This document shows positions 11,900-25,946 of a stretch of DNA of 64,000 bases, in pieces (the first letter of the stretch is position 1; every line of letters starts with the position of its first letter). The DNA comes from Octopus bimaculoides (Eukaryota). The stretch is taken from the NCBI RefSeq assembly GCF_001194135.2, contig NC_068991.1:49835916-49899915 (forward strand). Reading direction: 5' to 3'. The notes beneath the pieces are model-generated. The model had not been told where the DNA came from, did not search any database, and saw only the letters and a list, made by a program, of their open reading frames with translations. Both the position numbers and the translations under genes were made by a program.

Positions 11900-14800
11900 C
11901 AGTTTAAATATTTCTATTTGCAAAATAATGCATTATATCAAGGTGATACTTTAGTAGATAATACTTCATTTCATGTTGCTTATGGATATATATTTTGCGT
12001 GAGTGTATGTGTGTGTATTTATATATCATATACATACACGCACACACTATAATGGGACTGACAATGAGATGTTTGTAGTTTATTCCAGTAATTTAATATA
12101 TTTTAATTTCCAATTAAACAATGATTTTTTAAAGCTTCTAAATTAAACACCACCAGAATTTCCAGGTTGTGAAAGATAATAAGGGTTATAAAATTAAACC
12201 AAAATATAAATAAAGCAAATATAAAAAAAAGTGGGTGAAATGTTATAGAATTATAATAATGTAATAGAAACAGATGAAAGTTGAGAACCAATAGATATAA
12301 AACTCCAACAAGAAATATATGCCAAGTTGAAAGCTGAAGAAGTTATCTGAAATGGTGTTACCCTTTAGGATGTCTGCCAGCCAAACTACCATGAGATGTA
12401 CTACGTCTATAGAGGAGAAATAAGCATCAAAAATATATTAATAACCAAGGCAGCAGTCTCAATTTGGACACAGGATTAGGATACATTCCTATAATGAAGA
12501 CTTTATGTATAGAAGCATGAATGAAAAAATTGAATATCTCCTGCCTTCTTTGCAATTATACCTAGAAACTAGTTTTCACTTTTTTTTGCAATTTTAGAGA
12601 ATAATTTTACAAAACAGAAATCGGGTATTGTACAAAAGCAGAAATATTAAGTAAAACATACCAAAAACACACAGAAATATAAGCCTTATTGCATAGGCTC
12701 AGGAACAGGGGGTGCAAGTACATCACTTAAAATTGGGTGGTGGCAATGAAAATGCTTTGAATATCCTCTTGAAAAACTAGGTTTGCATCCCACTAAGCAA
12801 ATTTTATTCTTGCATTTATGCCTTATTGTTTGTGTAAAACAGTGGGATATACAAGTATAAAAATATTTGTATCTATATGACAGAATGCAAAATCACAAAC
12901 ACAGTCCTGAGAAGAAAATCATAAACATAAGTTATGCACTGAATATGGAAACAGGAACATTTGCTGAAATAAAACTATATATTAGTCACAATAAAATAGG
13001 TTAAATGTATGGCTATCATTTAGATTGAAAAGTAAATGATAAAATTAGAAATAAAAAAAGAACTGAAAAACAAAAAGCAAAGCAAAAATCTAGACTTCAG
13101 TGTTTGACTTCTGCCAAGATTGTAGAGTACTGAAAGTTTATGTCATAAGGAAAGGGAAGGAAAGGGGTAAGGTAAAGCAAGAGGGAACAAGGTTTTTAAA
13201 TGTTTAAACCAGTTTTATTGTCCTTTGTCGGGCAAGCCTCAAGTGGGTGCAAAGAAATTTGCTTTGTAACCACATGATTCCTGACTCAATTCCATGACAT
13301 AGCACTAACTAAATGTCTTCAACCATAGCCCTCAAGCTGACCTTATAAGTGGAATTTAGTAAATGGAAAGGACACAGAAGTCCATCATATGTACAAATGT
13401 ATGGGAGGCTGTATATTTTGCATATATACAAACATACATATACAGATATATATATATATAAATATATATGGATGTTCATCAATGAGTTCATAAACCTTGG
13501 TTCTTTTCCCTAATACTATATATTAATATATTTTATACTGTGAAGCTTAATTTAATTTTAATTTTTAATAAATTGATTTTAATTGAGTTTTTACCTGTAA
13601 TTTTGGATTTTATCTCTAATATTACTATTATTATTATTATTATTATTTATATATATANNNNNNNNNNNNNNNNNNNNNNNNNNNNNNNNNNNNNNNNNNN
13701 NNNNNNNNNNNNNNNNNNNNNNNNNNNNNNNNNNNNNNNNNNNNNNNNNNNNNNNNNNNNNNNNNNNNNNNNNNNNNNNNNNNNNNNNNNNNNNNNNNNN
13801 NNNNNNNNNNNNNNNNNNNNNNNNNNNNNNNNNNNNNNNNNNNNNNNNNNNNNNNNNNNNNNNNNNNNNNNNNNNNNNNNNNNNNNNNNNNNNNNNNNNN
13901 NNNNNNNNNNNNNNNNNNNNNNNNNNNNNNNNNNNNNNNNNNNNNNNNNNNNNNNNNNNNNNNNNNNNNNNNNNNNNATAGTTCTAATGTTGTTAAGGCA
14001 GTAAAGTTATACAAGCTCATCAACTTCCAATAAACTCCTAGCTTTGTGCTTAAAAAAAAAAATGTAACCCAGGACATCAGTATTGATAAGCTGACTGGTC
14101 AGCAGGTGATATTTACTGAAGGAATGGCAATCAATCAATCAATATTTATTCTTCACAGAGCAAAGATAAAACTAACATATAATCAATGATAGTGATTGAT
14201 GTAATTTCACCTTTTTTCTCTTTACTTCCTAATTTTGTAAATCAATCTTTTTTTTTTTTTTTCAGGGGGCTACAGCTGGTACGTATATTGATTTGTGTAA
14301 GTTGCTCTTGCAGCCAGTCTTTACTGCTCATTGTTTGCGTTCATTAACCGTGAGACCAGAAGACAGTTACTATAAGCATTGTCCAAATGTGTTGCCTTTG
14401 AAGAACTAACCTCTTCAATTGATGATGCACACACCAAATCAAAAGACAAGTAGACAATGTAATGAAACAAATACTTTTAAGAGAGCGAAAAAGAGCAGCA
14501 GTAAATGAATCATTAATTCTGAAAAATTAGAGTGAAATGGTAAAGATTGGTAATAATCTATGCAGATTCAAACTAACTACAACTGTTAGTTCTGTTATCA
14601 AAACACAAATTACAAGTAGGAAAAAATATCATTATGGAGGAATTCAAACAGTTTTTGCTTTTTCTGATAAACTATAATTTCAGAATACAGCATTGATAAT
14701 TGACATATTAGATAATTTAGTTCTTTTAATACAAACAACATAAATTATAGAAAATGAATGAAAAATAGAATAAAATTTGAAAAACTCGCTAATAATAATT

Positions 14801-15644
14801 GCATAATAAAGCATTAGTTATAATTGGAATGTCAGTGAGAAGCATTTTTTTTCTTTTACTAATTAGCTAGAATTGGAGTGACAATGCTCCAATGTCCTTT
14901 GTAGGCTATCCTGCATTGAATAGAGTGAAACAACTATGTTCAGCTTTTATGAGCTTGTGATAAAAATATACTAGTTCCTTCCAATTAACCAGCTGGCTAC
15001 TTGTGGATGTTACTTAGGATATGCATGTATAGCAGCATCATTGTTCTAATACTTCAATTTAGGTTTTAACTAGAATATTCTTCAGTTACAGTTAGTTGAT
15101 GACCCTCTACACAATCTGTTTTTAAATAGAAAGTTTATTTAGTCTTTAGAACAGTTTTAACAGTGTTCTACATGTGAGATCACAATGATGTCTGTAATAA
15201 CTTTGAGAACCTTAGTTTGGCATTATTTATGCAGAGCATAGTGCACTTATGAGTAGCAACTGTGTTTTATGCACCTAAAGATCAGTCATGTCCATCAATG
15301 GAAATTAACATTAAGAGAAGCATTAATTCTATGTCCTAGATTACTCCAGTTTCTGCCTGTCAAGGATATTTGCAGCTGTGAAGTTATATTGAATCTTAAA
15401 CTTCATTTAAACCCAGTCACATTTTTATTTTATTTTTTATACTTTTTAAAGGAATCTCATTTCAATGAAATGAAAGTAAAGTGATAAAGTTGATGAGAGA
15501 GATAAAGTTGATGAGAGAGAAGTTATAGCTAAGGCCAAAACAGAAAGAATTTATGGTTAAATCTCTTTAAAAGTATTTTCAGAGCACTGAAAAATGAAGA
15601 GAGTAAGATTAAAAAAATAAAAAATAAAAATTCATATCTTTAAG

Positions 15645-16010
15645 TCATAAATTAAAAATTGGTTGATGACAGTACCACCTGATTGGCATTCGTGCCAGTG
15701 GAATGTTAAAAGCACCATCTGAGCATGATCGTTGCCAGGGCCGCTGACTGGCTCCTGTGCCGGTGTCACATAAAAAGTACCATTCAAGTGTGATCATTGC
15801 CAGCATTGCCTTACTGGCACATGTGCCGGTGGCACATAAAAGCACCAACTACACTCTTGGAGTGGTTTGAGTTAGGAAGGGTATCCAGCTGTGGAAACTT
15901 TGCCAGATCAGATTGGAGCCTGGTGCAGCCTTCTGGCTCACCAGTCCTCACTCAAACTGTCCAACCCATGCCAGCATGGAAATGCAGTCGTTAAACAACG
16001 ATGATGATGT
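15645..16010 (+). mobile_element. Non-autonomous retroelement with an (ATG)n tail, same family as 1329-1913
   Basis: Ends ..ccaacccatgccagcatggaaatgcagtcgttaaacaacgatgatgatg. Confidence 0.75.
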
Positions 16011-16999
16011 ATGTTTATAAAAAGTTAAGAATTTCATTGGAATCAATGAAATCCTGATAGCTTCAAATGCAGCAGTTAAGAAGGGCAGTAGTAAGGCTTA
16101 GATATACACAATACTACATATATGTGTACAATGAAAAGAAGTTTTAATTAGAAAAAATAATAATCAACCCACAGCTTAGATTTATACTGAAATTACAAAT
16201 TAGGTTCATAATACTAACGGTTTAAAGATGTTGAGAATAGATTAAAAAAAAAAATTTTGTCACTTTGTCTTATTTTTCAAGTACTAAAAAGACTAAAATT
16301 AGTAAACTAGAAGCAAGAAATAATTTTGGAATAATAGAAAATATGTACTTGTATTGACCTCTTCCCCTTCAATAAGGGGCTGTGGCAGAAATGTCAGAAC
16401 TCATGGAAACCTCATCAGTTCCCAATCACATTCTTGTTGATCTTCACTAGAAAATAAATTGCAGAGATCTAAAGTTAAACTAAAGATCTAAAGTTAAACT
16501 AAAATGCAGGAAAATTTGATTTGAATGTTCTCTAATTATTTATTGAAACTTTGATAATTTCAACCCAGATAAATCATTTTTTTTAAGTTTTCCTTAGCTG
16601 ACAAGTTCTTATTAGTTAGTAACCAACACTTTCTCTTCAAATAATTCAGTATAAAAATGCTTGTCTATTTAAAGTCACCTATCCAATATAGATTAATTAA
16701 AAAAACAAAAAAGTAATTTACTGAGGCATAGAAAAACTTACACATATTTTTTTAGGGATCTAAAAAAATAAAAGCAAACATTTATCTCAAATATTTTGAC
16801 ACTTTTAGACAAATAAAAAAAATATTTTATACAAATAAAAATAATGCTGCAAGAAAAGCATTTTAATAAGATGGATAATTTCAATATATATATGTCCACT
16901 CAGTTAATATGAGTATTTTGAAGAGTTTGTGCAATCAACAATGAAATAAAATAGTGAATGGATATATAGTTGTGATATTCTAGTCCACTGTTGTGTTTT

Positions 17000-18150
17000 C
17001 AGGATTACAAGAAACTGAAAATATTTTTTAACATTCTTTCACATGAAGCTAAATCACCTACAACAATGAGTGTTTTGGTCATTTTAGAGAATAGAAATTG
17101 AATAAAGACACTGGTATCACTTCTCAAAAGTGAAGAAATGTGAACAAAAGAAATATAACTGGATAAATATATTTCTTTCATTTACACAAGTGTAGTTTGG
17201 TTCCAGTAGAGACGATAAGAAACAACTCATTATATACTAAGAGAATAAAAATATACCAACTACAATACGAAAAATATTGACTGAAGAAAAACTAAATGCC
17301 AGAAATTTGCTGCATATATTCATCAGGTAGAGTAATAAAGTTAAAGATAATCTGTTTAAAAGCCTATCTGAGATTCAACCAAAAAATAACAGCACAAACT
17401 CCCTCATTGCTTTCAACAGTTTGATTAATTATAGTGTAACTAATGTTTTAATAAACTTGGAAGACAAATATCTGTCATGTTAAATATTATCAACTCACTC
17501 ATGTTATCACAGTTTTCTCCAGATAACAAATGTAGAGCTAATATTTAGTTTTGACACAGTAGACATCAAATATGAATAATTTTGACATCTGTGTCACACC
17601 CATGAAAATAAGGTGTCCAGAATAATTACAATAAATTCAGAACCTTTGATAAGCAATAAAACTTTGAAAATTTTGATAGGAAGGAGATTCATGAAAATTT
17701 TTAAGTAGCTAAAACTTTGAAAACTACATCATTGTCACTTTAAATTCACAATTAAAATTGTTGGAGATACATAGCAATTTTATCAGTATATTTTTATACC
17801 AACTAAAAATACGTTAAACAGTTATTAACCTGAATAACATGGAGGTGGGGTATGAAGATCACAACTACATACAGTTCATGACTGAAGTGTATCTGTATGT
17901 AAGAAAATAAATTACAAAAACACAACAGAAGTTTAAAAAAATTTCTTCTGAAATGAATTTCAAATTTGTTTCATTTGTTGTACTGAAAATTGTAAATGAA
18001 CAAAATATATTAAAATAATTGGAAAGAACTTTAAAAATACAAAAACAAACCTGGATTTTTGACTGGCCATTTTAAAAGTAAATTGGTAGAAGTAGCTGTA
18101 GAAGTTATATAAATGAGTGTTGCAAAAATGCACAAAACTGAAGTTAGATT
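17000..18150 (+). mobile_element. Possible highly degenerate Penelope-like RT/GIY-YIG remnant
   Basis: Only faint motif echoes (ttttgacacagtagac, aaattcacaattaaa, aaattggtagaagtagctgtagaagtt). No open frame. Confidence 0.2.
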
Positions 18151-18482
18151 TAGGAGTAAAGGAAAACAGAGGTCTGTATGAAGTGAAGTGCTAGGAGTTA
18201 CTAGTTACAACTGCCTATCCCATACTTTAACAATGTCAAAGTAGCAGCAGCAGCAACAACACAACTCAGCTATTTATATAGTCTCAATAAGACAGAAGGT
18301 CAAGGCTGTTAACCACTTGATCAATATGTGATTCAGGCAGTAATCAAAAGAAATTAACAACCAATGCAGGAGAAGCAACAATAAAAAAAAAAATTATACT
18401 TTTAGCAACAAGTGAATTTTATGAAATTGTAGCTGTAATAAAGATAAAACAATTTAAAGAGAATGATAAGAGATAAAGTAAT

Positions 18483-18790
18483 TTAAATACAGTTACAGAC
18501 GGGTGTGCCGTGTAGCGAGAAAAATATAACACGCACAAATACATACACATAACACACACAAGTTTGTTCTACTATAGAGAGTACAAAGATGTGACTTTTC
18601 GAACTCCACTTTTTACAGATCAAAACATTCTCACGTTCAAAGTTTAGGCAGTTTGTTGGGACACTCATTACAGCATCAACTTGCACTTTTTCGTTGTGGT
18701 CCATGTTTTCAGTCCAAATAATATTAGTAAACTTCACCTTTCATTCTTCTCAGGTCAATAAAACAGAAGGGTCAGTTATGTTGATATTTT
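18483..18790 (-). mobile_element. Possible hAT transposase C-terminal remnant
   Basis: NIIWTEN..VDAVMSVPTN..KKWSS resembles hAT C-terminal regions of the form NxIWTxERNR..V.AI..VKTN..KKI.SSEKY. Stop codons lie upstream. Confidence 0.3.
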
Positions 18791-18929
18791 CTTGGGATTG
18801 ATATAGTATTTCTATAAAGAATTCTAGTTTTGAATGTAATAAAAAAAAACAAGTATCAATATCATTTTAACATTCATTTATCCATGCTGGCATAGCACAG
18901 GTGCACATAACCTATCTAAATTATGGCCC

Positions 18930-19620
18930 TCACTTTAGAGAAATTTGGTGAAAGCAATGTTGTTACCCTAACACCAACAAAGCTTTTTCCTGTGTCTGAC
19001 ATGTAAATCCATCAAAACTTCCCACATACAGGTTCTGCCCACCTCTCGGATTAATAGCTTCTTCCTATCAGATCACACAATCAAGCATATGTTGGTAGAA
19101 CTCTTTCTGCTCTACTCTCAACCAACTTTGATGAGCCCCAGGCTTTGGTCTTGGACCCAACTTTCTTCCTTCTATGCAGCAATGACCTATATACTATTGC
19201 AACCAATAACAGCCACTTTTATGCAGATTCTTTCCTAGCCTTCACTACCAATCACCAACCAAATGCAATCAAGACACCAAATGCCAAATCTGCATTAATT
19301 TCACAAATAAGAGATCCTGGGAGCAACTTCTAGTTGTGCCTTACCAACCTTGTCTTTTAACAGCAAATATATGTAAGCACTATACATTTCAAGAAAACAT
19401 CATCACAGCACAAATTTTACTAAATATGAGTTGCACACAGCTACAGCCCTCATGGTCATTCTAAATATTTGGTTTACTTATCACTGAGAATCTCACCTGG
19501 TGAAAGCACATCCTAATCATAGCTTAGACTACTTTCCAGAGACTGGTTCACTGCAGGGCACCTCCCAACAACTGCTGTTAGTTTGTTAGCCTCAAGTGAG
19601 GCCCACAATGCAGTAATGGT
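18930..19620 (+). mobile_element. Degenerate CR1/L2-type LINE reverse transcriptase fragment
   Basis: Broken motifs appear in the expected order: KAF..V.H (~18980), FLSD (~19040) and PQALVLDPTFFLLCSNDL (~19135), matching the GVPQGSVLGPxLFLxYINDL consensus. Confidence 0.6.
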
Positions 19621-19641
19621 CCAATATCTGGTGGGGTGCTG

Positions 19642-19691
<50 letters not shown>

Positions 19692-19883
19692 AGACATGTT
19701 AAACCACACCCAGAAAAGGGTCAATCAACTGATTGGCATTAAATAACTAACAGATAGGTTCCAGTCCCTGGTCTTTAGGCATTTTGTCTTTTCTATCACT
19801 ACCATGTTGACTTCTACTCCTTAGAGCTGGGTGGACTCATTTTCTGCACTCAAATACTCCTGATCCACTCATCTCTCCACTTC

Positions 19884-20204
19884 TGGCACTAAGTCAGTGT
19901 AACAATGAGCATTCCAGTAGACTTGATCAATGGAACAGCCTGCTTAAGAAATTAATGCGTAAGTGGCTGAGCACTCTACGGACATGCATACTCTTAATGT
20001 AGTTCTCAGTGAAAGTCAGTGTGACACAGAATGTGACAAGGCTGGCCCTTTGAATTACAGGTACAACTCATTTTTGTCAACTGAGTGAACTAGGGCAATG
20101 TGAAATAAAGTGTCTAGCTCAAGGACACCACACACTACCTTGGTATCAAACTCACAACCTTACAATAGGTGAGCCAAATATTCCTAACCACTGAGCCATG
20201 TGCC
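19884..20204 (-). mobile_element. tRNA-derived SINE, same family as 46723-47037
   Basis: Its reverse complement matches 46723-47037 (gctggccctttgaa/ttacaggtaca/ttttgtcaactgagtg). Confidence 0.75.
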
Positions 20205-20925
20205 TTCACTCTTTGCCTCTAGTCATCTTTGTCATGTATAATCCCCTTTCCCACCCCTGCAATAACCACTTTTCCCAATCCTTCCTCTCAATAACCTCAT
20301 GCCACCAGAATCTTCTCTCTGTTCATCTCTTTTCTGCAGATGTTGGTCTGCAACAGTTTAAGCTCACAGGTCTTGGAGAATATACAAAGATAGCCACTAC
20401 ATTCTTCCCTTCTCTTCTTTAGTCTTCCTTTCTCTTTTATGCTGTGGTAGGCTTTCCCTGTCAGCAAATAGTACCTTTGAGCCCTCCACAAAATATTCAA
20501 TTCAAATTCTATCAAAATCAAATATTGAAAATTAAAAATCTAACCCTGTTTAGTTTCAATTTCAGACAACTTTCAGAGTTAGACAAGACATGATTTTGGC
20601 AGGAAGTTTCTAGCAAACAGACTTGTTGGGAAATTGTTTCTAATGGGTTAGGTTCCATCCAGCCATTACTTGCAAAACTTTGCTAATGCAACATATTGCT
20701 TTGTGTTTGTTTTTTTTTATTATTATAGTAACTTACAGAAGAAGAAAAATTCAAGGGTTTTTTTTTTTTTTTTTGTCATTACTGCAATAACAATGATACA
20801 TTAACTTGTTTGTATAGAATCCTCACTCAAACCTATTCATTTCATTTAACTCTCTTGCAATCTCCACAGTTTCATAATGCAAGTCAGTTCTTTTTTATCT
20901 CAGAACTACATATGGAACTTGGTAG

Positions 20926-21098
20926 TTATCTAAATTTCCCTTCCAAGAGATTAAAGTTAAAATTTGCTACATTAATTGAATCCACCCAATCCCATATCCG
21001 GTCTATGACTGATAAAACTCTGAACACTTTCCCTGCTCGTTCAAAAATTAATGTTTTACTTTGAGCATTTTCAGCATTTTTTTTTTCTTTTACATCAA
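20926..21098 (-). CDS. Candidate terminal coding exon: (V)DVKEKKNAENAQSKTLIFERAGKVFRVLSVIDRIWDWVDSINVANFNFNLLEGKFR*
   Basis: Acceptor ttcttattctttagtttcag, phase-1 entry, then 56 open codons with protein-like composition and TAA. No family recognised. Confidence 0.35.
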
Positions 21099-22117
21099 CT
21101 GAAACTAAAGAATAAGAATTTACAAGATGGAGTCTGGTGATTTGAACTGTGAAGATAACACAATAGAAATAATTATTGAAGAAATAAGACAATTATTCAG
21201 TGCAAAAGGAGACATTTGTCCAACCACAATATGAATATTTATGAATTTCATAGAATTTCTTATAAATGTTATGCATAATACATGCAAGAACATTGCATGA
21301 AAGTTATTGAGTCAAAGAAAGTTGGGAGCATTATTATAAAATCATTATTTAACATTTGTATTCTACACTGGCACCGGATGGATGCCAGCACAAGTTCCAG
21401 TTGTTGTGATGTTATAGATTATGTATCTCGGTGACTCAGAGAGCCATGCTAGCAGAGTGCAAAGTCCTTGTAGGGCTTCCCATGCTGGACAGGTCAAAGA
21501 ATAGGGGCCAATATGATATGGACCACTGATCATTTCTCAAGTCAAAAAGAGTTTGCACAGGGACAACCCCCTACTACCTAGAAAAGAATGAAGTCATAGA
21601 AGCAACAATGACAATTTAAAACCAACAAGACCTGAGATAGGTCCTTCAGGGAAACATAACCTGGTGCAGCAAAATCTGGAAGGAAGCTACAAGGCCAACT
21701 CCTCTTCTGACCACAGAGAGAAACACCAAGACAACATATAAAACAGGAAGAAAGAACCGAAGCAGAAGATGGGGTGGAAGGAAAGGTATCAGTGGGGATG
21801 GGTAGTATTAAAGAAAATAGGACAGAATACAAAAAAGCCAAAAACCTTACAAAGAAATATGAAGAGAGGTTAAAGTGTTTTAATTTCATTAATTGACAAG
21901 CGTTAGTGGAGACATTAAAGACGTTTGTTTATAGGTGATAGAAATGTAAAAAGAAGAAGCAAGAGAAAAATATTGGTCATGAAAATAAAACGAATTATGA
22001 CTTTTGAAACCTAATTTAAGTTTAAAAATATAGTCTCATCAAAATTTGATTTTAAAAAAGTTTAAGAAGATGAAATAACATTTTCAAATCAGAATCAAAA
22101 CTCTCTTCAGACCTTAC

Positions 22118-22188
22118 CATGACCGTCAAAGACAACATCATCACATTTGAAATTTCTTTGAACATAAGTCTTTTCTAGCAGAGCTGGC
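22118..22188 (-). CDS. Candidate 71-nt exon: (R)PALLEKTYVQRNFKCDDVVFDGH
   Basis: Good donor CATG|GTAAGG. Phase-2 entry and phase-1 exit would bridge exon 33223/42286 to 21098. The acceptor (gtttagttccag) has a poor pyrimidine tract. Confidence 0.3.
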
Positions 22189-24227
22189 CTGGAACTAAAC
22201 TGCTACTACTCAACCTCATTACTTTCTCTTAAAATTTTCAGTTATTTGTCTTGCTGTTCCATCATGTAATTCTAATGTTTCTATCAGAAATTTCCAATTG
22301 CTCGACACAAGAAAACTATGCAACTACCATTTTGTGTTAGAAAATCAACAAGTTTTAACTGATAAAACAAAATCAATAGATTGTGAGAGTTAGTTTAAAG
22401 TTAGTAGATTCTGTTTCAACAATACCAATCTTTGGAGCCATCTGTAACAATAAAACAAATGGCAATGTTATTCACTGAATAAGTCATGCAATTTAGCATC
22501 AAAGAAATCAATATCATTTTAAAGCTAAATTCTAGGACATTTATTTCAATGAACCAAATAAACAGAATGACATTTCAATAGAAAAGTTAAATAGTCTCCT
22601 GTGTATTCTGTTTGATTAAATGCATTTCAACCATTGTCTGAATTGACCATGCTGTTGTTCCAGCTGTCATTGATTATCAATATAAGAATTGTTGGAATTT
22701 TTGGACTGATTTTGTATCCAAAGAAAAGAGAATTACAATTAAGGAAAGAAAACCAAACACATCTCACCAAAAATTAAGTACTGTAATTTAAATTCAGAAA
22801 GAACATCGACTGGAATGGGGTAAAATAACAACACATACTTAGCAGGCCTAAAACAGTGGCTATTTGTTAAAATCAAATAATGAAACAGTCTTCAGCTGGT
22901 GAGTTTAAGTGTCTTTATTTGAAACCACAGGAAACTATAAGGAATTAAAGAATGTAAGGATCTTGTATCTGTTAGTAAAAAAACTGTATATAATAAAAGA
23001 AGAAACTTTCAGTTATGTTGTGTATCTAATCTATCTTCCACAAGCAAAACAACAAAAGAGAAACCAGCAATATTGAAAAGGTTAACTGATGAAAGTTGAG
23101 ATGAAAAACAGAATATATGTATTTTAGTTAGATGCTGTATAATTGCTTCCCAAACATTAATAGTTACAATGTACACTTGCATGGGATATGAGGCCAGATA
23201 TACCACATATAGAAGCTTCAGTGTCTCAAGTCCATCAGCAAATGGTTTGGGGACAATTCCCAGAGATTATTCAATTAATTGATTTCAAGATGATGACTTG
23301 GCTGGCAAGGAACTCTGAGTGTCACAAAAATGCTTTACAATAAAAAGAAAGAAAGAAATATGTAAGCTGCTACCAAAACAACCAACTGGTCACAACTTAA
23401 AACATAGAAAAATAGAAGTTCTAAAACACAGATTTATGGATTATAGAACCCTTCAGCACATTTTAGACTTAGTAATATGACCACTCAGCATATTTTAGTT
23501 TTTTAAAATTATATAGCTCGTCAGAAAGTCATTGTAGTTAAAATGTACACACTGTTTAAGATGCCAAATGGGCTCGTAAAACAAAAAATAGCTTTCTGCA
23601 CATATCATCACTGCACACATTATTGCATCATATAGCAATATTGATGAGACCAAATTTTAATGAAACAATTGTAAATTGATGTAGTAAAAAGACTTGTTCA
23701 CTCTGTTCTTTGTAATTGTAAAGGTTCTACAAATATTTGTAAACTTTCAAACATGTTTGATAGAACAGTCTTCAGATTACTGTCTTATCTGATAGTTTGT
23801 ACCCAATGGATTAGCTAACTAGGGTAATCTCCAAGGTTAACATTTGAATGAAATTATTATATGTGTATGTATATATAAGGAATGCAGAAAATATAATTGG
23901 TGTTTTAAAACTTTATATAACATACAAGTGTTTCCATAAGCTAATTGGCACTTTTGTGGAAGCTGACCGGTGCTGTTATGCAAACTAATTAGCTCATATG
24001 GTATTAGCTGCAAAACATAGAACATGTTTTCTGCATTCCCTTATACACCTCCATTCATGCATATAATGGGCAAGGAAGGTGATATAGCAGAATAGAGAAT
24101 GAGGGAAGGTAAGATGATGGGATAGTGTAGAGAAAGGGAAAAGAAAGAGAAGTGAGGAGGGAAATGATGGACACACAGATACTCAATAAGGCATACCCAC
24201 ACACACATACATTGTCCATATATATTT

Positions 24228-24927
24228 ATATATATAAAGATTATAATAAAGGGCACAGAAGCCACTGTACTTATATGCTAGAGAAAGATGTCAAATATAT
24301 CCAACCACAAGATTCACTTCAATATACACAGGTTGGAAGTGGGGAAAAGTGGACAAACCAGAAATTCATAAAATAATTCAGGAAATCCTGTATTGATCAA
24401 TTTTTGCATAAGTATAATAACTCTTCCTTCATCAGTAGAATATACCAAGTACAATAAATGAAAATATGCATATATACCCATATAAATGCACATGCATAAA
24501 TGCGAGTACGTATAAATATCCACAAATATATACGGATCAAATTTTGGGACAGTCTATTTACTTCTATACTATTCTGACCAAATAGTACATGTGTTGAGGT
24601 GGACTGTGAACTTCGATTCATATATATTTGTGAATACTTATATGTACTCGTATTTCTATGTGTGCATTTATATGGGTATGTATACATATTTTCATTTTAC
24701 TACGCTTGGTATGTTCTACTGATGAAGGGAAGAGTTATTATATTTATCCAGAAATTGATCATTCTAGGATTATCCGAATTATTTTAATAATTTTTGGTTT
24801 GTCTACTTTTACCACATTCAACCTGCGTATATTTAAGTGAATCTTGTAGTGGCTGGACGTATTTGGTGTCTTTCTCTAGCATATGGGCACAGTGGCTTGT
24901 GCCCTTAATTATAATATTCTATATAAT
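24228..24927. mobile_element. Old fold-back element: ~310-bp imperfect inverted arms with a ~70-bp spacer
   Basis: 24228-24540 (..gggcacagaagccactgtacttatatgctagagaaaga..ataactcttccttcatcagtagaa..) aligns by eye to the reverse complement of 24615-24927. The flanks are TA-rich. Confidence 0.8.
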
Positions 24928-25946
24928 TATATATCTATACATGAATTTTACCTACAAGGTAAAATTCATTAATTTTTAATGATTTTATCCTTTAATCATG
25001 CTTATATATATCCTGTAATTTTGCTTTTATATATATATATATATATATATAGTTGAGAAAAAATGCTGGAAATGAGGTAGAAGGGCCTTGGATGAGGGTA
25101 GATGTAAGATGTAATAACATCAGTCATTGGCATATATCAGGATCTGGAGGTAAGATAGTAGACTTGTTTGTCTTGATGTTTTTATAGCCCAACAAGCCCT
25201 GGTTTGGCAGACATAGAATTTAGCTGTTGCCTTTGTAAACAGGTCTGTACATCAGTCATTTATAGGGTGCCCTGCCACATATATGCATGCATACACACAC
25301 ATGCATACAATGCCATTTATGAGCACCAACACACACACACGCATGCACCCATATTCATAGGTATTCTCATGCACACAAAGCCGTAAGCATACAATGAAAA
25401 AAATTTAGATGTACATACAAGAAGCACAGGCATGTGGTTGAGAACCTTGTTCACCAAGCCATGTGGTCTTGGGTTCACTCTCACAGCATGGCACCTTGGA
25501 CAAGTTTATTCTAGTATAGCTGCTGGCTAACCAAAGCCTTGAAAATGGATTTAGTATACAGAAATCGAAACAAGCCTATTGTGTGTGCATGCACATGCTT
25601 GTACTCTTGTTGAGACACCATGTCATAGTTGTAAATGACCATCACTGTCACACCAGCAATGTTCACTTAGAAAGAAAAAAAACTTCCTGTCAAAAGACTA
25701 CTTGCTTACACCACAAGCATTAATTTTTTTGTGATTTATGGAGTGAACTGCACTAGATTTTTTCTTCTTTTCTTCTATGAACACCTTGGCCTTGCACACA
25801 TTCCTGTATGCAAAGCCAGAAGATGCTTTGCTGCACTTTAAAACTACCATCACTAACTATATTGTTTATAACTCTTACATAAATATATGGGAAGCCCATT
25901 TTAAAAATTTCTTTTACAAATCATTTAAAATTGTGAAAACACTTAC

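Noticed and set aside
14266-14296. Plus-strand exon candidate GATAGTYIDL after a poly-T acceptor, resembling the start of mitochondrial carriers such as SLC25A26
   Set aside because: The expected P-x-D-x-x-K-x-R-x-Q continuation was not found, I saw no other carrier exons, and the best-supported exons are on the opposite strand.
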